Origin: Planctomycetota bacterium
GTDB taxonomy: Bacteria > Planctomycetota > UBA1135 > JADKAF01
DNA: 64,000 bases
Assembly: GCA_016793245.1 (NCBI GenBank)
Contig: JAEUHW010000351.1
Coordinates: 5,987 to 69,986 of the forward strand
Reading direction: 5' to 3'
Shown: piece by piece, positions 54,380 to 63,006 of the stretch
Layout: the number at the start of each line of letters is the position of its first letter
Position numbering within the stretch: position 1 is the first letter of the stretch
The notes under the pieces: model-generated
What the model was told of the DNA's origin: nothing
The model's database searches: none
The model's input: only the letters and a program-made list of their open reading frames with translations
Translations under genes and position numbers: made by a program

Positions 54380-55352
54380 ACCAGCTCTCGTGCTCGCGTT
54401 CGTCGAGCACGACGCGCTCGCGCGGAACCGCCTCCAGCGCGAAGCGCGGCAGCAGATCTCGGAGTGAAAGCTCCGCGCCGGTCGGAGCGAAGCCGCAAGT
54501 CTCGGCGACCCATCCGATCAGTCGCTCCGGCGCGATGCCGGCTTCGCGGTAGCGCGCGATCCGTGTATCGCCGTGGCGCTTCGCCAATCGCCGTCCGTCG
54601 CTGCCGACGACGAGGGGCACGTGCGCAAAGCGCGGCGCGCGTAGACCGAGCGCGCGGTAGAGCAAGAGCTGACGCGCGGTCGACGTGAACAGATCGTCGC
54701 CGCGCAGCACTTCGTCGATCGCCATCGCGGCGTCATCGACCACGACCGCGAGCTGATAGGCGCAGTCTCCGCGCCAGACGACGAAGTCTCCGACGCCCGC
54801 CTGCACGTCGTGAGCCGAGAGACCGCGCACCAAGTCTTGCCACTGCAGCTCTTCGTGCGGCGCTCGAAAGCGCCACGCGATCTCGCGGCCGCCCGCCGCC
54901 GCGCGCGCGACGGCTTCGTCGGCGTAGCGTCCCGCGCAGGTCCCCGGGTAGCGCGCACCTTCATCGGCGGGGCCGTTCGGCGCGGAGAGCGCCGCTTCGA
55001 TCTCGCGCCTCGAGCACACGCACGGATACACCGTTCCCAGCGCGCGCAAGTGATCGAGGGCTGCGGCGTAGAGCGCTCGCCGCTCGGTCTGCACGTACGG
55101 TCCGCGTGCGCCACCGACGTCGGGACCTTCCTCCCAATCGAAGCCGAGCCAGCGCAGATCCGAGATCAACTGCGCCGCGGCTCGCGGCTTCACGCGCGGT
55201 CCATCGAGGTCCTCGATGCGCAGCACCACGGTGCCACCGCGGGATCGGAGCGAGAGCCAAGCGAGCGCGAAGGTGCGCAGATTGCCGAGGTGCAGCGCAC
55301 CCGTCGGCGAAGGCGCGATGCGACCGCGCGGCGCTGCGGAAGTGGAGCTCAT
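54372..55352 (-). CDS. gluQ: tRNA glutamyl-Q(34) synthetase GluQRS
   Basis: Start at MSSTSAAPRGRIAPSPTGALHLGNLRT. It is a truncated GluRS-like catalytic domain (326 aa) with DFVVWRGD...AYQLAVVVDD and RLAKRHG. There is an 8-nt convergent overlap with the PilZ gene. Confidence 0.88.
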   Translation of the reverse strand: MSSTSAAPRGRIAPSPTGALHLGNLRTFALAWLSLRSRGGTVVLRIEDLDGPRVKPRAAAQLISDLRWLGFDWEEGPDVGGARGPYVQTERRALYAAALDHLRALGTVYPCVCSRREIEAALSAPNGPADEGARYPGTCAGRYADEAVARAAAGGREIAWRFRAPHEELQWQDLVRGLSAHDVQAGVGDFVVWRGDCAYQLAVVVDDAAMAIDEVLRGDDLFTSTARQLLLYRALGLRAPRFAHVPLVVGSDGRRLAKRHGDTRIARYREAGIAPERLIGWVAETCGFAPTGAELSLRDLLPRFALEAVPRERVVLDEREHESWFR

Positions 55353-55584
55353 CGCCGCTCCATCTTCCACCAATGGAAAGCGACGCCCGCCCTTCCACAT
55401 TCCTGCCCGCTGTTCGACGGGCCCGCAGCGACAACCCAGGTCGCGGCGAGAAGGTTCCGTCGAGTTGATGTGGTCGGGTGAAGCGTCGCGCGGAGCTCAC
55501 GTCGCTGCGAGTCCCTTCCCGCAACGGCGCATCGAGCTGCCGTGTACGAGGTGCGCGCGCAGCGCTCGACCGTTGCAGCAGGGC

Positions 55585-56604
55585 TCATTTTTTTTCGGTC
55601 TCCCGCGCGGCTCCCTCGCGCTCTCGCAACGCGCGCGCGAGAAACGCCGAGCCGAACCAAGCCGCGATCACGAGGTAGATCCCGTAGGACCAGAAGCGCC
55701 AGAGGAGGATCAGTGATGCCGCGGCCTCCGCGGGCCACGCGCCCCCCGCGGCCATCGGCAGTCCCGCTTCGAACAGTCCGCTCCCTCCGGGAGTCGGAAA
55801 GACGAACGCGACGACTTGCACGACGTGCTGGACGACCAGCAACGCCGCCCAGGAGACCTCGAGCCCGAGCGTCCACGCCGCCGTCGGCAGCACGGCGTAG
55901 ATGCCGAGCCACTCGATCGCCGTGAGGAAGAGCATCCCCACATGAAAGCTCGGCGGAGCTCGGCGCAGCTCGCCGATCGCCGCAGCCGCTCGCAGGAGGG
56001 GCGGGAGCGCGCGGCGCCGCAGGCGCGGCGTCGGCGCGAGCAGCACACCGATCCAGCGCACGGCGAGGCGGGGAGCCCCGACGAGCAGCGATCCGAACAC
56101 GAGCGCCCCGGCGCTCAGACCGAGCGCCGTGAGCAGGAGCCCCAAGGGCAGCTCCCCCCCGACGATGCGCACGTACACCGGCAGCACGGCCGGAACGGTC
56201 ACCGCGAAGAGGAGCGCATCCAGAGCGGTGGTGTACGCGGCGACCGCCATCGCGCGAGGTCCGGGCACGCCGCTGCGCCAGAGATACCAGAGATAGGCCG
56301 GCGAAGCGCCCGAAGCCGCGGGCGTCACCGCGGCGCCACAGATCCCGGTGAGCTGGAGCTCGAAGCTCGAGCGCCAACCGAAGGGGCTCCCCCAGCGCGC
56401 GAGCAACCAGCGGAACTTGAGCGTGGCAGAGCCCCAGCGCAACCCGAGCGCCCCGGCGATCCCCAGCAGTCCGAGCGCGCTCGGGGCGAGGAGGCGCGCG
56501 AATCCTCCGTCGTCGCCATAGTGCAAGACGACGAAGACGGCAGCCCCCGCCGCACAGAGGAGCGGCAGGAGGAGCGGCTGGTTGGCCAGACGCCTCGAGC
56601 TCAT
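55585..56604 (-). CDS. UPF0104 / lysylphosphatidylglycerol-synthase-TM-region-like (flippase-like) membrane protein
   Basis: Start at MSSRRLANQPLLLPLLCAAGAAVFVVL, 357 codons into ORF 55585..57675. It has about 8 TM helices, a conserved-looking PTPGGSGLFEAG motif, and ends ...ETEKK. Confidence 0.75.
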   Translation of the reverse strand: MSSRRLANQPLLLPLLCAAGAAVFVVLHYGDDGGFARLLAPSALGLLGIAGALGLRWGSATLKFRWLLARWGSPFGWRSSFELQLTGICGAAVTPAASGASPAYLWYLWRSGVPGPRAMAVAAYTTALDALLFAVTVPAVLPVYVRIVGGELPLGLLLTALGLSAGALVFGSLLVGAPRLAVRWIGVLLAPTPRLRRRALPPLLRAAAAIGELRRAPPSFHVGMLFLTAIEWLGIYAVLPTAAWTLGLEVSWAALLVVQHVVQVVAFVFPTPGGSGLFEAGLPMAAGGAWPAEAAASLILLWRFWSYGIYLVIAAWFGSAFLARALREREGAARETEKK

Positions 56605-56861
56605 CCTGTCCTCAAGCGCAAGCCCGACCGTTTGGCGGCCTCGGGCGCGCGCCGATCGGAGGGGAGCAAAAAAAACGCGGAGCCTTCGTCGCCGACGCGG
56701 GATCCCGGTGTACAGGAACCCCACCCCGGAGTCGCAGCGCGGCACACCGACCGCGAAGGAACCCAGGGTACGAAATCCGAGCCGCGAAATCCTGACCGAC
56801 CTGCCTCCGCGATCTGCACTCGGTCGATCACCTAGGAACCCTTGCCGGGCTCGAAGCCAGG

Positions 56862-58025
56862 ATGAGCCAACACCTCCTCGATCGCTGCAGCTCCGCGGAA
56901 GCGCTGGTGGCCGCGAGAATCCTCGAAGGCGCGGATGCGCGCGACGAGGCCGCGGAGCTGTTGCGCCTCGCTCTGGCCGAACGCGGGGAGAACCATCCCG
57001 ACGCGCGTCGCGCGCGCTGGCTGCTCGCCCTGGCGACGGTGCTCGGCTCGGCCGCGCCGGTGCGTCTCGGAGCGGAGCTGCGCGAGGCCCTCGAAGGCGC
57101 GCGCGACGAACGGCCCGTCGAGGGCACGGCCCTGGACGCGGCGCTCCAGCGAGCGCGGAACGTGCTCGACGCCGAGGAAGCGCTGGACGATGCTCGCGCC
57201 GCGACCGAGAGCGGGGAGTTCGATCGCTGCGAAGCCTCGCTCTCGCTGGCCCTCGCCGATGCCGGCTCGTGCGGATTGCGAGAAGAAGCTCGCCGCAGCG
57301 AGCGCGCGGCGGAGATTCTCGCCCTCCGCCGAGAAGAGACCCGCGTCGACAGCTTGCTCCGCGATGCTCGCGAGCGCTGGGCCGCCGCCGGAGAAGCGGC
57401 GCGCGCTCACGCCGTGGCGCTGCGCCTAGGCGACAGAGCCTGGAAACGGGGAGAGCTGGCGCTGGCCACGCGCACCTACGATGAAGCTCGCGCGATCGCG
57501 CGAGCCGAGACACACCCGCTCTCCGAGGTCTCCGCGCTGCGCCGCCTGCTCGGCCTCGCCGCGCAGCGCCGCGACCCGCGCGCGACGCAGCGCCTCGGCG
57601 AAGAGCTGGAACTCCGACTCGCGGCGCTGCCGAGCGAAGAACAGCGCGAGCGCGCCGTATCGCACTGGGTCGCATTCAGCGTGTTGCGCCGGGCCGGAGA
57701 TCGCGCGCGCGCTTTGCTGGCGTTGAAAGCGGCGTTGAGCGAAGCCGAGATCGCCCGCGACATGCCGCTCGCTTGGCTGGCCGCGGCACAGCTCGGCGAA
57801 CCCCTCCCCACCGAGCTCGTCCGGCGCTTGCAGCGCCCGCCGATCGACGCGGAGCAGCTCTGCGAGAGCGCCTCGCGAGCCGCGGTCGACGGAGCGGATC
57901 CCGATCTGCAACTCGGCCTCTGGGAAGGAGCGATGCGCTGGAACGACGCGCATCAGGACGCCGATCCGGCGCTCCGCGCGCGCTGCGAACGCGCGATCGC
58001 CGAGCTCGCCTTCCTCGCGATCTGA
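56862..58025 (+). CDS. hypothetical all-helical (TPR-like) protein, 387 aa
   Basis: Ala/Leu/Glu/Arg-rich helical repeats with hydrophobic periodicity and several Trp/Cys residues. It is more protein-like than the overlapping minus-strand ORFs. No family recognised. Confidence 0.55.
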   Translation: MSQHLLDRCSSAEALVAARILEGADARDEAAELLRLALAERGENHPDARRARWLLALATVLGSAAPVRLGAELREALEGARDERPVEGTALDAALQRARNVLDAEEALDDARAATESGEFDRCEASLSLALADAGSCGLREEARRSERAAEILALRREETRVDSLLRDARERWAAAGEAARAHAVALRLGDRAWKRGELALATRTYDEARAIARAETHPLSEVSALRRLLGLAAQRRDPRATQRLGEELELRLAALPSEEQRERAVSHWVAFSVLRRAGDRARALLALKAALSEAEIARDMPLAWLAAAQLGEPLPTELVRRLQRPPIDAEQLCESASRAAVDGADPDLQLGLWEGAMRWNDAHQDADPALRARCERAIAELAFLAI

Positions 58026-58245
58026 ACGCCGACGTTCTTCGCTCCCACGCGAAGATCCACTCCGCGCGATGCGCCGCCTGCGCGAAGCAGACCGCCGCGA
58101 AATCTGTGCGTCTGCATCCTCTTGCTCACGAGCGACGAACTTCGCCTCGTCTGCGTGATGCGCCGCGTTTCTCGATCTCGCGCGCATCCGATCGCAACCC
58201 AGGCGCTCCATCGACTCTGCGCCGAACGAGAGGAACACGACTCCG

Positions 58246-59193
58246 ATGCTGACCATCTCCCTGCTCGCACTCTGCTCGCTCTTGCCCCAGGACCAGTGCC
58301 CGGCGGCCGCCTCGAAGGCCGTTCTCACGAAGCTCCCTTCGACCGCGCAGAACGCGGAGAAGGACATCGTGGCGACGGCGATCGACGCGGGCTCGTTCCC
58401 GACGCTCGTCGCAGCGCTGAAGGCGGCCGACCTCGTCGGCGCGCTGCAGGCCAAGGGCCCGTTCACGGTCTTCGCTCCGACCGAAGCGGCCTTCGCCAAG
58501 CTGCCGAAGGGCACCGTCGAGAACCTGCTGAAGCCCGAGAACAAGGCGCAGCTCCAGGCCATCCTGAAGTACCACGTGCTCGCCGGTAAGGTCGATGCCG
58601 CCGCGGCGATGAAGACGAGCTGCGCCGCGACCCTCGAGGGTCAGCGCTGCACGATCACCACGAAGGACGGCAAGGTGATGATCGATGGCGCGAACGTGGT
58701 GAAGGCCGACATCGCGTGCAGCAACGGCATCATCCACGTCATCGACACGGTGATCCTGCCCTCCTCGAAGGACCTCGTCGAAGTCGCCGTGGGCGCGGGC
58801 TCGTTCCAGACGCTCGCCGCCGCGCTGAAGGCCGCAGACCTCGTCGACGCGCTGAAGGGCCCGGGGCCGTTCACGGTGTTCGCTCCGACCGACGAAGCGT
58901 TCGCCAAGCTCCCGAAGGGCACCGTCGAGAACCTGCTGAAGCCCGAGAACAAGGCGCAGCTCCAGGCCATCCTGAAGTACCACGTCGTCTCGGGCCGCAT
59001 CTACTCCGACGCCGCGCTCGCCGCTGGCAAGGCGCAGACCCTGCAGGGCTCCGCGATCACCATCGCGGTGAAGAACGAGCAAGCCTGCGTGAACGACGCG
59101 AAGCTGGTGAAGCTCGACATCCAGGCCAAGAACGGCGTGATCCACGTCATCGACACGGTCATCCTGCCGCCCGCCGCCGGCGATAAGCACTGA
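58246..59193 (+). CDS. secreted protein with two tandem fasciclin (FAS1) domains
   Basis: Signal peptide ([13 protein letters not shown]). FAS1 motifs appear twice ([39 protein letters not shown]; [13 protein letters not shown] / [13 protein letters not shown]). Confidence 0.9.
   Translation: MLTISLLALCSLLPQDQCPAAASKAVLTKLPSTAQNAEKDIVATAIDAGSFPTLVAALKAADLVGALQAKGPFTVFAPTEAAFAKLPKGTVENLLKPENKAQLQAILKYHVLAGKVDAAAAMKTSCAATLEGQRCTITTKDGKVMIDGANVVKADIACSNGIIHVIDTVILPSSKDLVEVAVGAGSFQTLAAALKAADLVDALKGPGPFTVFAPTDEAFAKLPKGTVENLLKPENKAQLQAILKYHVVSGRIYSDAALAAGKAQTLQGSAITIAVKNEQACVNDAKLVKLDIQAKNGVIHVIDTVILPPAAGDKH
58504..58577 (+). repeat. 74-nt exact intragenic repeat, copy 1 (FAS1 domain 1)
   Basis: CCGAAGGGCACCGTCGAGAACCTGCTGAAGCCCGAGAACAAGGCGCAGCTCCAGGCCATCCTGAAGTACCACGT is identical to 58912..58985. 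The offset is 408 nt (136 codons). Confidence 0.85.
58912..58985 (+). repeat. 74-nt exact intragenic repeat, copy 2 (FAS1 domain 2)
   Basis: Identical by eye to 58504..58577. The flanking DNA is similar but diverged. Confidence 0.85.
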
Positions 59194-60697
59194 TCGAACG
59201 AGCGCTCCGAGCGCGCACGAAGCACGCCGCGAGCCAGGCCACGGCCGCTGCGAGCACGAGCCAACGTCCGAGAGGACGCTGCTCGCGCTCGAAGCGGCCG
59301 TCGCTCGTTTCGGAGCGCGAGCTGCCGCGCAGCGCAGCGCTGGTCTCGCCGAGATCGAGCGGAGCACCGCGCGTCCGTTCCACCTCGGGCGCGCGCAGAC
59401 GCGGACGCACGGCATCCACCAGCAGCGCGCAGAGCAGGGGCAGCTCGGCGCGCGCGGAGGCGCTCTGCGCGAGCTCGAGCGCGTCGAGCGCACAGTGCAG
59501 CTCGCCTTCCTCGAGCGCGATCGCCAGGCGCCCGCTCGGCGTAGCACGCGCGAGCGGGGTTCCGCGATCGAGCTCGCGCAGCGGCCACGGAGCAGGTGCG
59601 AGGCGCTGCCAGAGAGCGTCGCTCTCGGCATCCTCCCAGCGCAGGCTCTCGACGCGCGCTTCCCCGCGCCCCGCGCCGAAGCGCAGCGCGCAGCTCGGGT
59701 CCTCCGATGCCGGACGAGCGGCCCCGTCGATCAAGAGCTCGATCGACGTTCCGGCTCCGAAGTCCAGCCGCTCGTCGGCCTCGAACGCGCGCTGCAGCGC
59801 CGGCGGGAGTGCGCGCGCTACCGCGGAGATCGGTCGCAGATCGAGCTGGAGAGCGACCACGTCGTCCAGCGCGATCTCATCGGCGCCGCTCGCGGAGACG
59901 AGGCGCAGCGCACGCCATGCGGGATCCACCTCGAGGCGCAATGCGCGACGCTCGCCGGGCTCCAGCGCGAATGCGGAGAGTGTTCGATCGCCGGGCTCGA
60001 CGCGCACCTCGAGCTCGCGGCGCTCGACTCCGGCGCCGGCCGCGACGAGCCAGAGCTCGCGCTCTGCGGAGAAGCTCGCCGAGACCCAGCCCGCATTGCG
60101 CTGCAGCGGCGCTCCGACCGCGAAGAACGCCGCCGCGCGCGGGAGTTCCTCCGGCTCGCGATCCCCCACCCACCAGAGACGCTCCGCGCCGAGCTCGCCG
60201 AGCGTCGGACCTTCCTCCGCACCGGCGAGACGCGTCTCCTCGATGCGCTCGAGCGCGCGCACGAGCTCGGTCGCGGTGCCTCGTGCACCGAGCTCCGCTG
60301 CGGGCCAGAGCCAGAGCTCGCAAGAGGTCTCTCGCGGCTCCGCGTCGAGCTCTCGAGCGAGGCGCTCCTTCGCCTCCGCGAGTCGCGTCGCGCCGCCCGC
60401 GGATCGCGCGCTCATGCTGGCGCTGCGATCGAGCCAGATGCGCAGCGGGAGCGGTTGCTCGCGGACGAGCGCCGGCGCGGCGAGAGCCGCGATCGCCGCG
60501 CTCACGGCGAGCAAGGCGAGCCACGCGTGCAAGGGCAAGCGCCGCCGCTGCTGCGTCGGTCGAGCGGGGAGCTCGCGCGGCCAGAAATCGAGCGCCGGCG
60601 CGCGGCGAGAGCGCGGGCGCTCCCCCGTCGCGAGCCACCACGCCAGCGGCGCGAGACCCAGCAGCAGCCAGAGGAAGTGCGGCTCGGCGAAGCTCAC
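59159..60697 (-). CDS. BatA-like protein: aerotolerance-regulator N-terminal TM domain + vWA-like MIDAS + long C-terminal region ending in a TM helix
   Basis: GTG start at 60697 ([22 protein letters not shown] is a BatA_N-type motif). There is a second TM helix, a MIDAS-like [14 protein letters not shown], and a C-terminal TM helix [20 protein letters not shown] overlap with the DUF58 stop, and a 35-nt convergent overlap with the fasciclin gene. Confidence 0.7.
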   Translation of the reverse strand: MSFAEPHFLWLLLGLAPLAWWLATGERPRSRRAPALDFWPRELPARPTQQRRRLPLHAWLALLAVSAAIAALAAPALVREQPLPLRIWLDRSASMSARSAGGATRLAEAKERLARELDAEPRETSCELWLWPAAELGARGTATELVRALERIEETRLAGAEEGPTLGELGAERLWWVGDREPEELPRAAAFFAVGAPLQRNAGWVSASFSAERELWLVAAGAGVERRELEVRVEPGDRTLSAFALEPGERRALRLEVDPAWRALRLVSASGADEIALDDVVALQLDLRPISAVARALPPALQRAFEADERLDFGAGTSIELLIDGAARPASEDPSCALRFGAGRGEARVESLRWEDAESDALWQRLAPAPWPLRELDRGTPLARATPSGRLAIALEEGELHCALDALELAQSASARAELPLLCALLVDAVRPRLRAPEVERTRGAPLDLGETSAALRGSSRSETSDGRFEREQRPLGRWLVLAAAVAWLAACFVRARSARSISAYRRRRAAG

Positions 60698-61587
60698 CGC
60701 GCGCTCCGCGAGCGCTCGAAGCGCACGAGCTCCGCGAGATCCTGCGCCGGCTCGGAGAGCTCGCGCAGCGGCAGGCGATGGCGCTCGGCGAGTTGGCGCA
60801 AGCGCTCCGCGTGCGCGGCGAAGCGCTGCGCATAGCCGGCGAGCGCCACCTCGGGATCGCTCGCGATCCAGCGCTCTCCGGTCTCGGCGTCGATCCACTC
60901 GACGGGCTCCGTGAGCGAAGGCGAGCGCTCCTCCGGATCGAGGATGCGCAGCAGGCGCGGATGCAATGCGCGCGCGCTGAGCTGCTCCGAGAACTGCGCC
61001 CAACCGGCGAGGGCATAGAGATCCGAGAGGATCCAAGCGCGCGGCGCGCGCGCGAGCGAACGCCGCTCCAGCAGACGCAGTCGTGCGCGATGCAGCTCGT
61101 CCTCGTCGGCCGTCGCTCTCCAGCGTTCGAGCGTCGCGAGCAACTCGCGCGCTCCCGCGAGCCGTTCCAAGCGCACGGGCCCGAGCGCCTCCTCCGCGCC
61201 GAGAGGGATGATCTCGGCGCTCGCGCCGCGCGCGGCGAGCGCGAGGGCGAGAGCCGCGGCGATCCGCAGCGCGCGGTCCACCTTCGGCTCCGCGCCGAAA
61301 TCCATGGAGGCGCTGAGGTCGACCAGCACGAGCTCGCGCTGCGCTTCCTGGATGCGCTGCACCTTGAGGAACGGCTTCTTCGTGCGCGCGAAGACCTGCC
61401 AGTCGACGCGCGCCAAGTCATCGCCGGGCCGATAGGCGCGATGCTCTTCGAACTCGAGTCCGGCGCCGTGGCGCCCCGCGCGCTCGCCCGTGCCGCCGGC
61501 TCCGCGCCGCGGGAGCGCGCCCCAGGGCAGCGCGAGCACGCGATCGACGAAGTCGGGAGGGAAGCGCACGAGGTTCTGGGCGCTCAA
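60694..61587 (-). CDS. DUF58 family protein (vWA-like; usual partner of MoxR ATPases)
   Basis: DUF58 hallmark GAGLEFEEHRAYRPGDDLARVDWQVFARTKKPFLKV, then LVLVDLSASMDFG. The start is uncertain. I propose the TTG at 61587, which forms a TTGA overlap with the upstream stop. The only upstream ATG (61719) would add 44 junk-like codons. Confidence 0.75.
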   Translation of the reverse strand: MSAQNLVRFPPDFVDRVLALPWGALPRRGAGGTGERAGRHGAGLEFEEHRAYRPGDDLARVDWQVFARTKKPFLKVQRIQEAQRELVLVDLSASMDFGAEPKVDRALRIAAALALALAARGASAEIIPLGAEEALGPVRLERLAGARELLATLERWRATADEDELHRARLRLLERRSLARAPRAWILSDLYALAGWAQFSEQLSARALHPRLLRILDPEERSPSLTEPVEWIDAETGERWIASDPEVALAGYAQRFAAHAERLRQLAERHRLPLRELSEPAQDLAELVRFERSRSAR

Positions 61588-62939
61588 GCCCAGTAGCGCG
61601 GTACCTCGAAGGCGATCGGCTTGCCGCGCGGCCGACCGAGCTTCTTCCCCTTCTCCATCACGCGCTCTCCGCGGAGGAAGATGCACTCGATGCCGGTGCG
61701 CAGGCGCAACCCCGCCCACGGTGAGAAGTCGGACGCCGAAGGCAGCTCCGCCGCATCGATCACGCGCTCTTCTCCGGGCGGCGCGAGCACGACGAGATCG
61801 GCGTCATTGCCGATCTCGATCTCGCCCTTCTGCATGAGGCAGAAGGTCTCCGCCACGTGATGCGTCGCCGCTTCGAGCAGCTTCGGCAGCAAGATGCCTT
61901 CCCGGCGCGAGATGTAGTGCAGGAGCGGATAGAAGAGATCGACGCCCGGGACTCCTTCCAGCGCCTCCGCGTACGGCACGCGCTTCTGCGCCGCCGAGCA
62001 GGGCTGATGACCGCTGGTCACGATCTCGATCGCGCCGGAGTCGACGCCTTCCAGCAGCCGCCGCCGATCGCGCGGCCCCTTGATCGAAGGCCAGACCACG
62101 AGCTCGTTGCCGCGCGCAGCGACGTCGTCATGAGTGAACAGCAGGTACTGCGCACACGTCGATCCGGAGACCGGCAAGCCGTGTCGCTTCGCTTCGTCGA
62201 TGAGGTCGACGCCGCGCGCGGTCGACACCTGGAAGAAGTGCACTTCGCACTCCGCCTCGGCCGCCATCTCGATCGCGGCGGCGATCGCCACGGTCTCCGC
62301 GGCCGCCGAGCGCCGCAGATGATGCGCGCTGGCCTCGGCGGGATGCGCGCGCCCGTCCGAGGCGAGGATCGCCGGATCCTCGGCCTGTACGACGACTTGC
62401 CGACCCGCCGCGCCCGCGGCTTGGAAGAGCTCGCGCATCAGGCCGTGATCCCAGCTCCGCTCGCCGAGATTCGCCCCATACATGACGAGGTGGAAGCCCG
62501 GCGCGAGCGGCGCCATCTCGCGCAGATGCGAGGCCGAGCGCTCGACCAAGCTCGGATACAGCCCGAAGTCGACGTGCGAACGTCCGCTCGCGCGCGCGAT
62601 GCGCGCGGAGTAGCTCGAAGCATCGACGCTGTACGGCGGGCTCGCGCTGATCTCGAGCACGCTCGTGACCGCCCCGTGTAGCGCGCCGGACGACCCGCTC
62701 GTCCAGCCTTCGCGCCGCGCGGCCTCGCTGCGACCGACGGGCTCGTGGAACGCCACCTGCGCATCGACGAGGCCGGGGATGATCTCGCGTCCCCGCGCAT
62801 CGTAGTGCTCCTCGTCGGCGCTCGGCGTGTAGAGGCCGTGAGGAGCGAGCTCTTGGATGACGCCCTGGTTGTCCCAGACGACATCGAGCTCGCGGAAGTG
62901 GCCTTGGAAGAAGACGCGGCCACCCGTGAGAAGACCCAT
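61584..62939 (-). CDS. dihydroorotase/allantoinase-like cyclic amidohydrolase-fold protein with apparently degenerate metal-binding motifs (pseudo-enzyme candidate)
   Basis: 451 aa with overall amidohydrolase layout (IPGLVDAQVAF..., GFHLVMYG, VVVQAEDP, EVHFFQVST, IVTSGHQP, GNDADLVVL). At each position where I expect a His, Lys or Asp metal ligand, a different residue is present. See the findings. Confidence 0.8.
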   Translation of the reverse strand: MGLLTGGRVFFQGHFRELDVVWDNQGVIQELAPHGLYTPSADEEHYDARGREIIPGLVDAQVAFHEPVGRSEAARREGWTSGSSGALHGAVTSVLEISASPPYSVDASSYSARIARASGRSHVDFGLYPSLVERSASHLREMAPLAPGFHLVMYGANLGERSWDHGLMRELFQAAGAAGRQVVVQAEDPAILASDGRAHPAEASAHHLRRSAAAETVAIAAAIEMAAEAECEVHFFQVSTARGVDLIDEAKRHGLPVSGSTCAQYLLFTHDDVAARGNELVVWPSIKGPRDRRRLLEGVDSGAIEIVTSGHQPCSAAQKRVPYAEALEGVPGVDLFYPLLHYISRREGILLPKLLEAATHHVAETFCLMQKGEIEIGNDADLVVLAPPGEERVIDAAELPSASDFSPWAGLRLRTGIECIFLRGERVMEKGKKLGRPRGKPIAFEVPRYWA

Positions 62940-63006
62940 CGATCGCGCTCCGCGAAGCTGGAGTTCCGAAAGCCCAGACGAGATACGGCCCAGACGAGAT
63001 CTGGCG

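Noticed and set aside
56605-57675. Upstream 357 codons of ORF 55585..57675
   Set aside because: The stretch is Arg/Pro/Ala-rich junk. The membrane protein begins at MSSRRLANQ (56604), and the region is better explained by the + strand 387-aa ORF.
59596-61596. 666-aa + strand ORF (and 59877..61421, 59495..60835)
   Set aside because: The composition is extreme Arg/Ala. The ORFs are antisense or out of frame to the BatA-like and DUF58 genes, which show family hallmarks.
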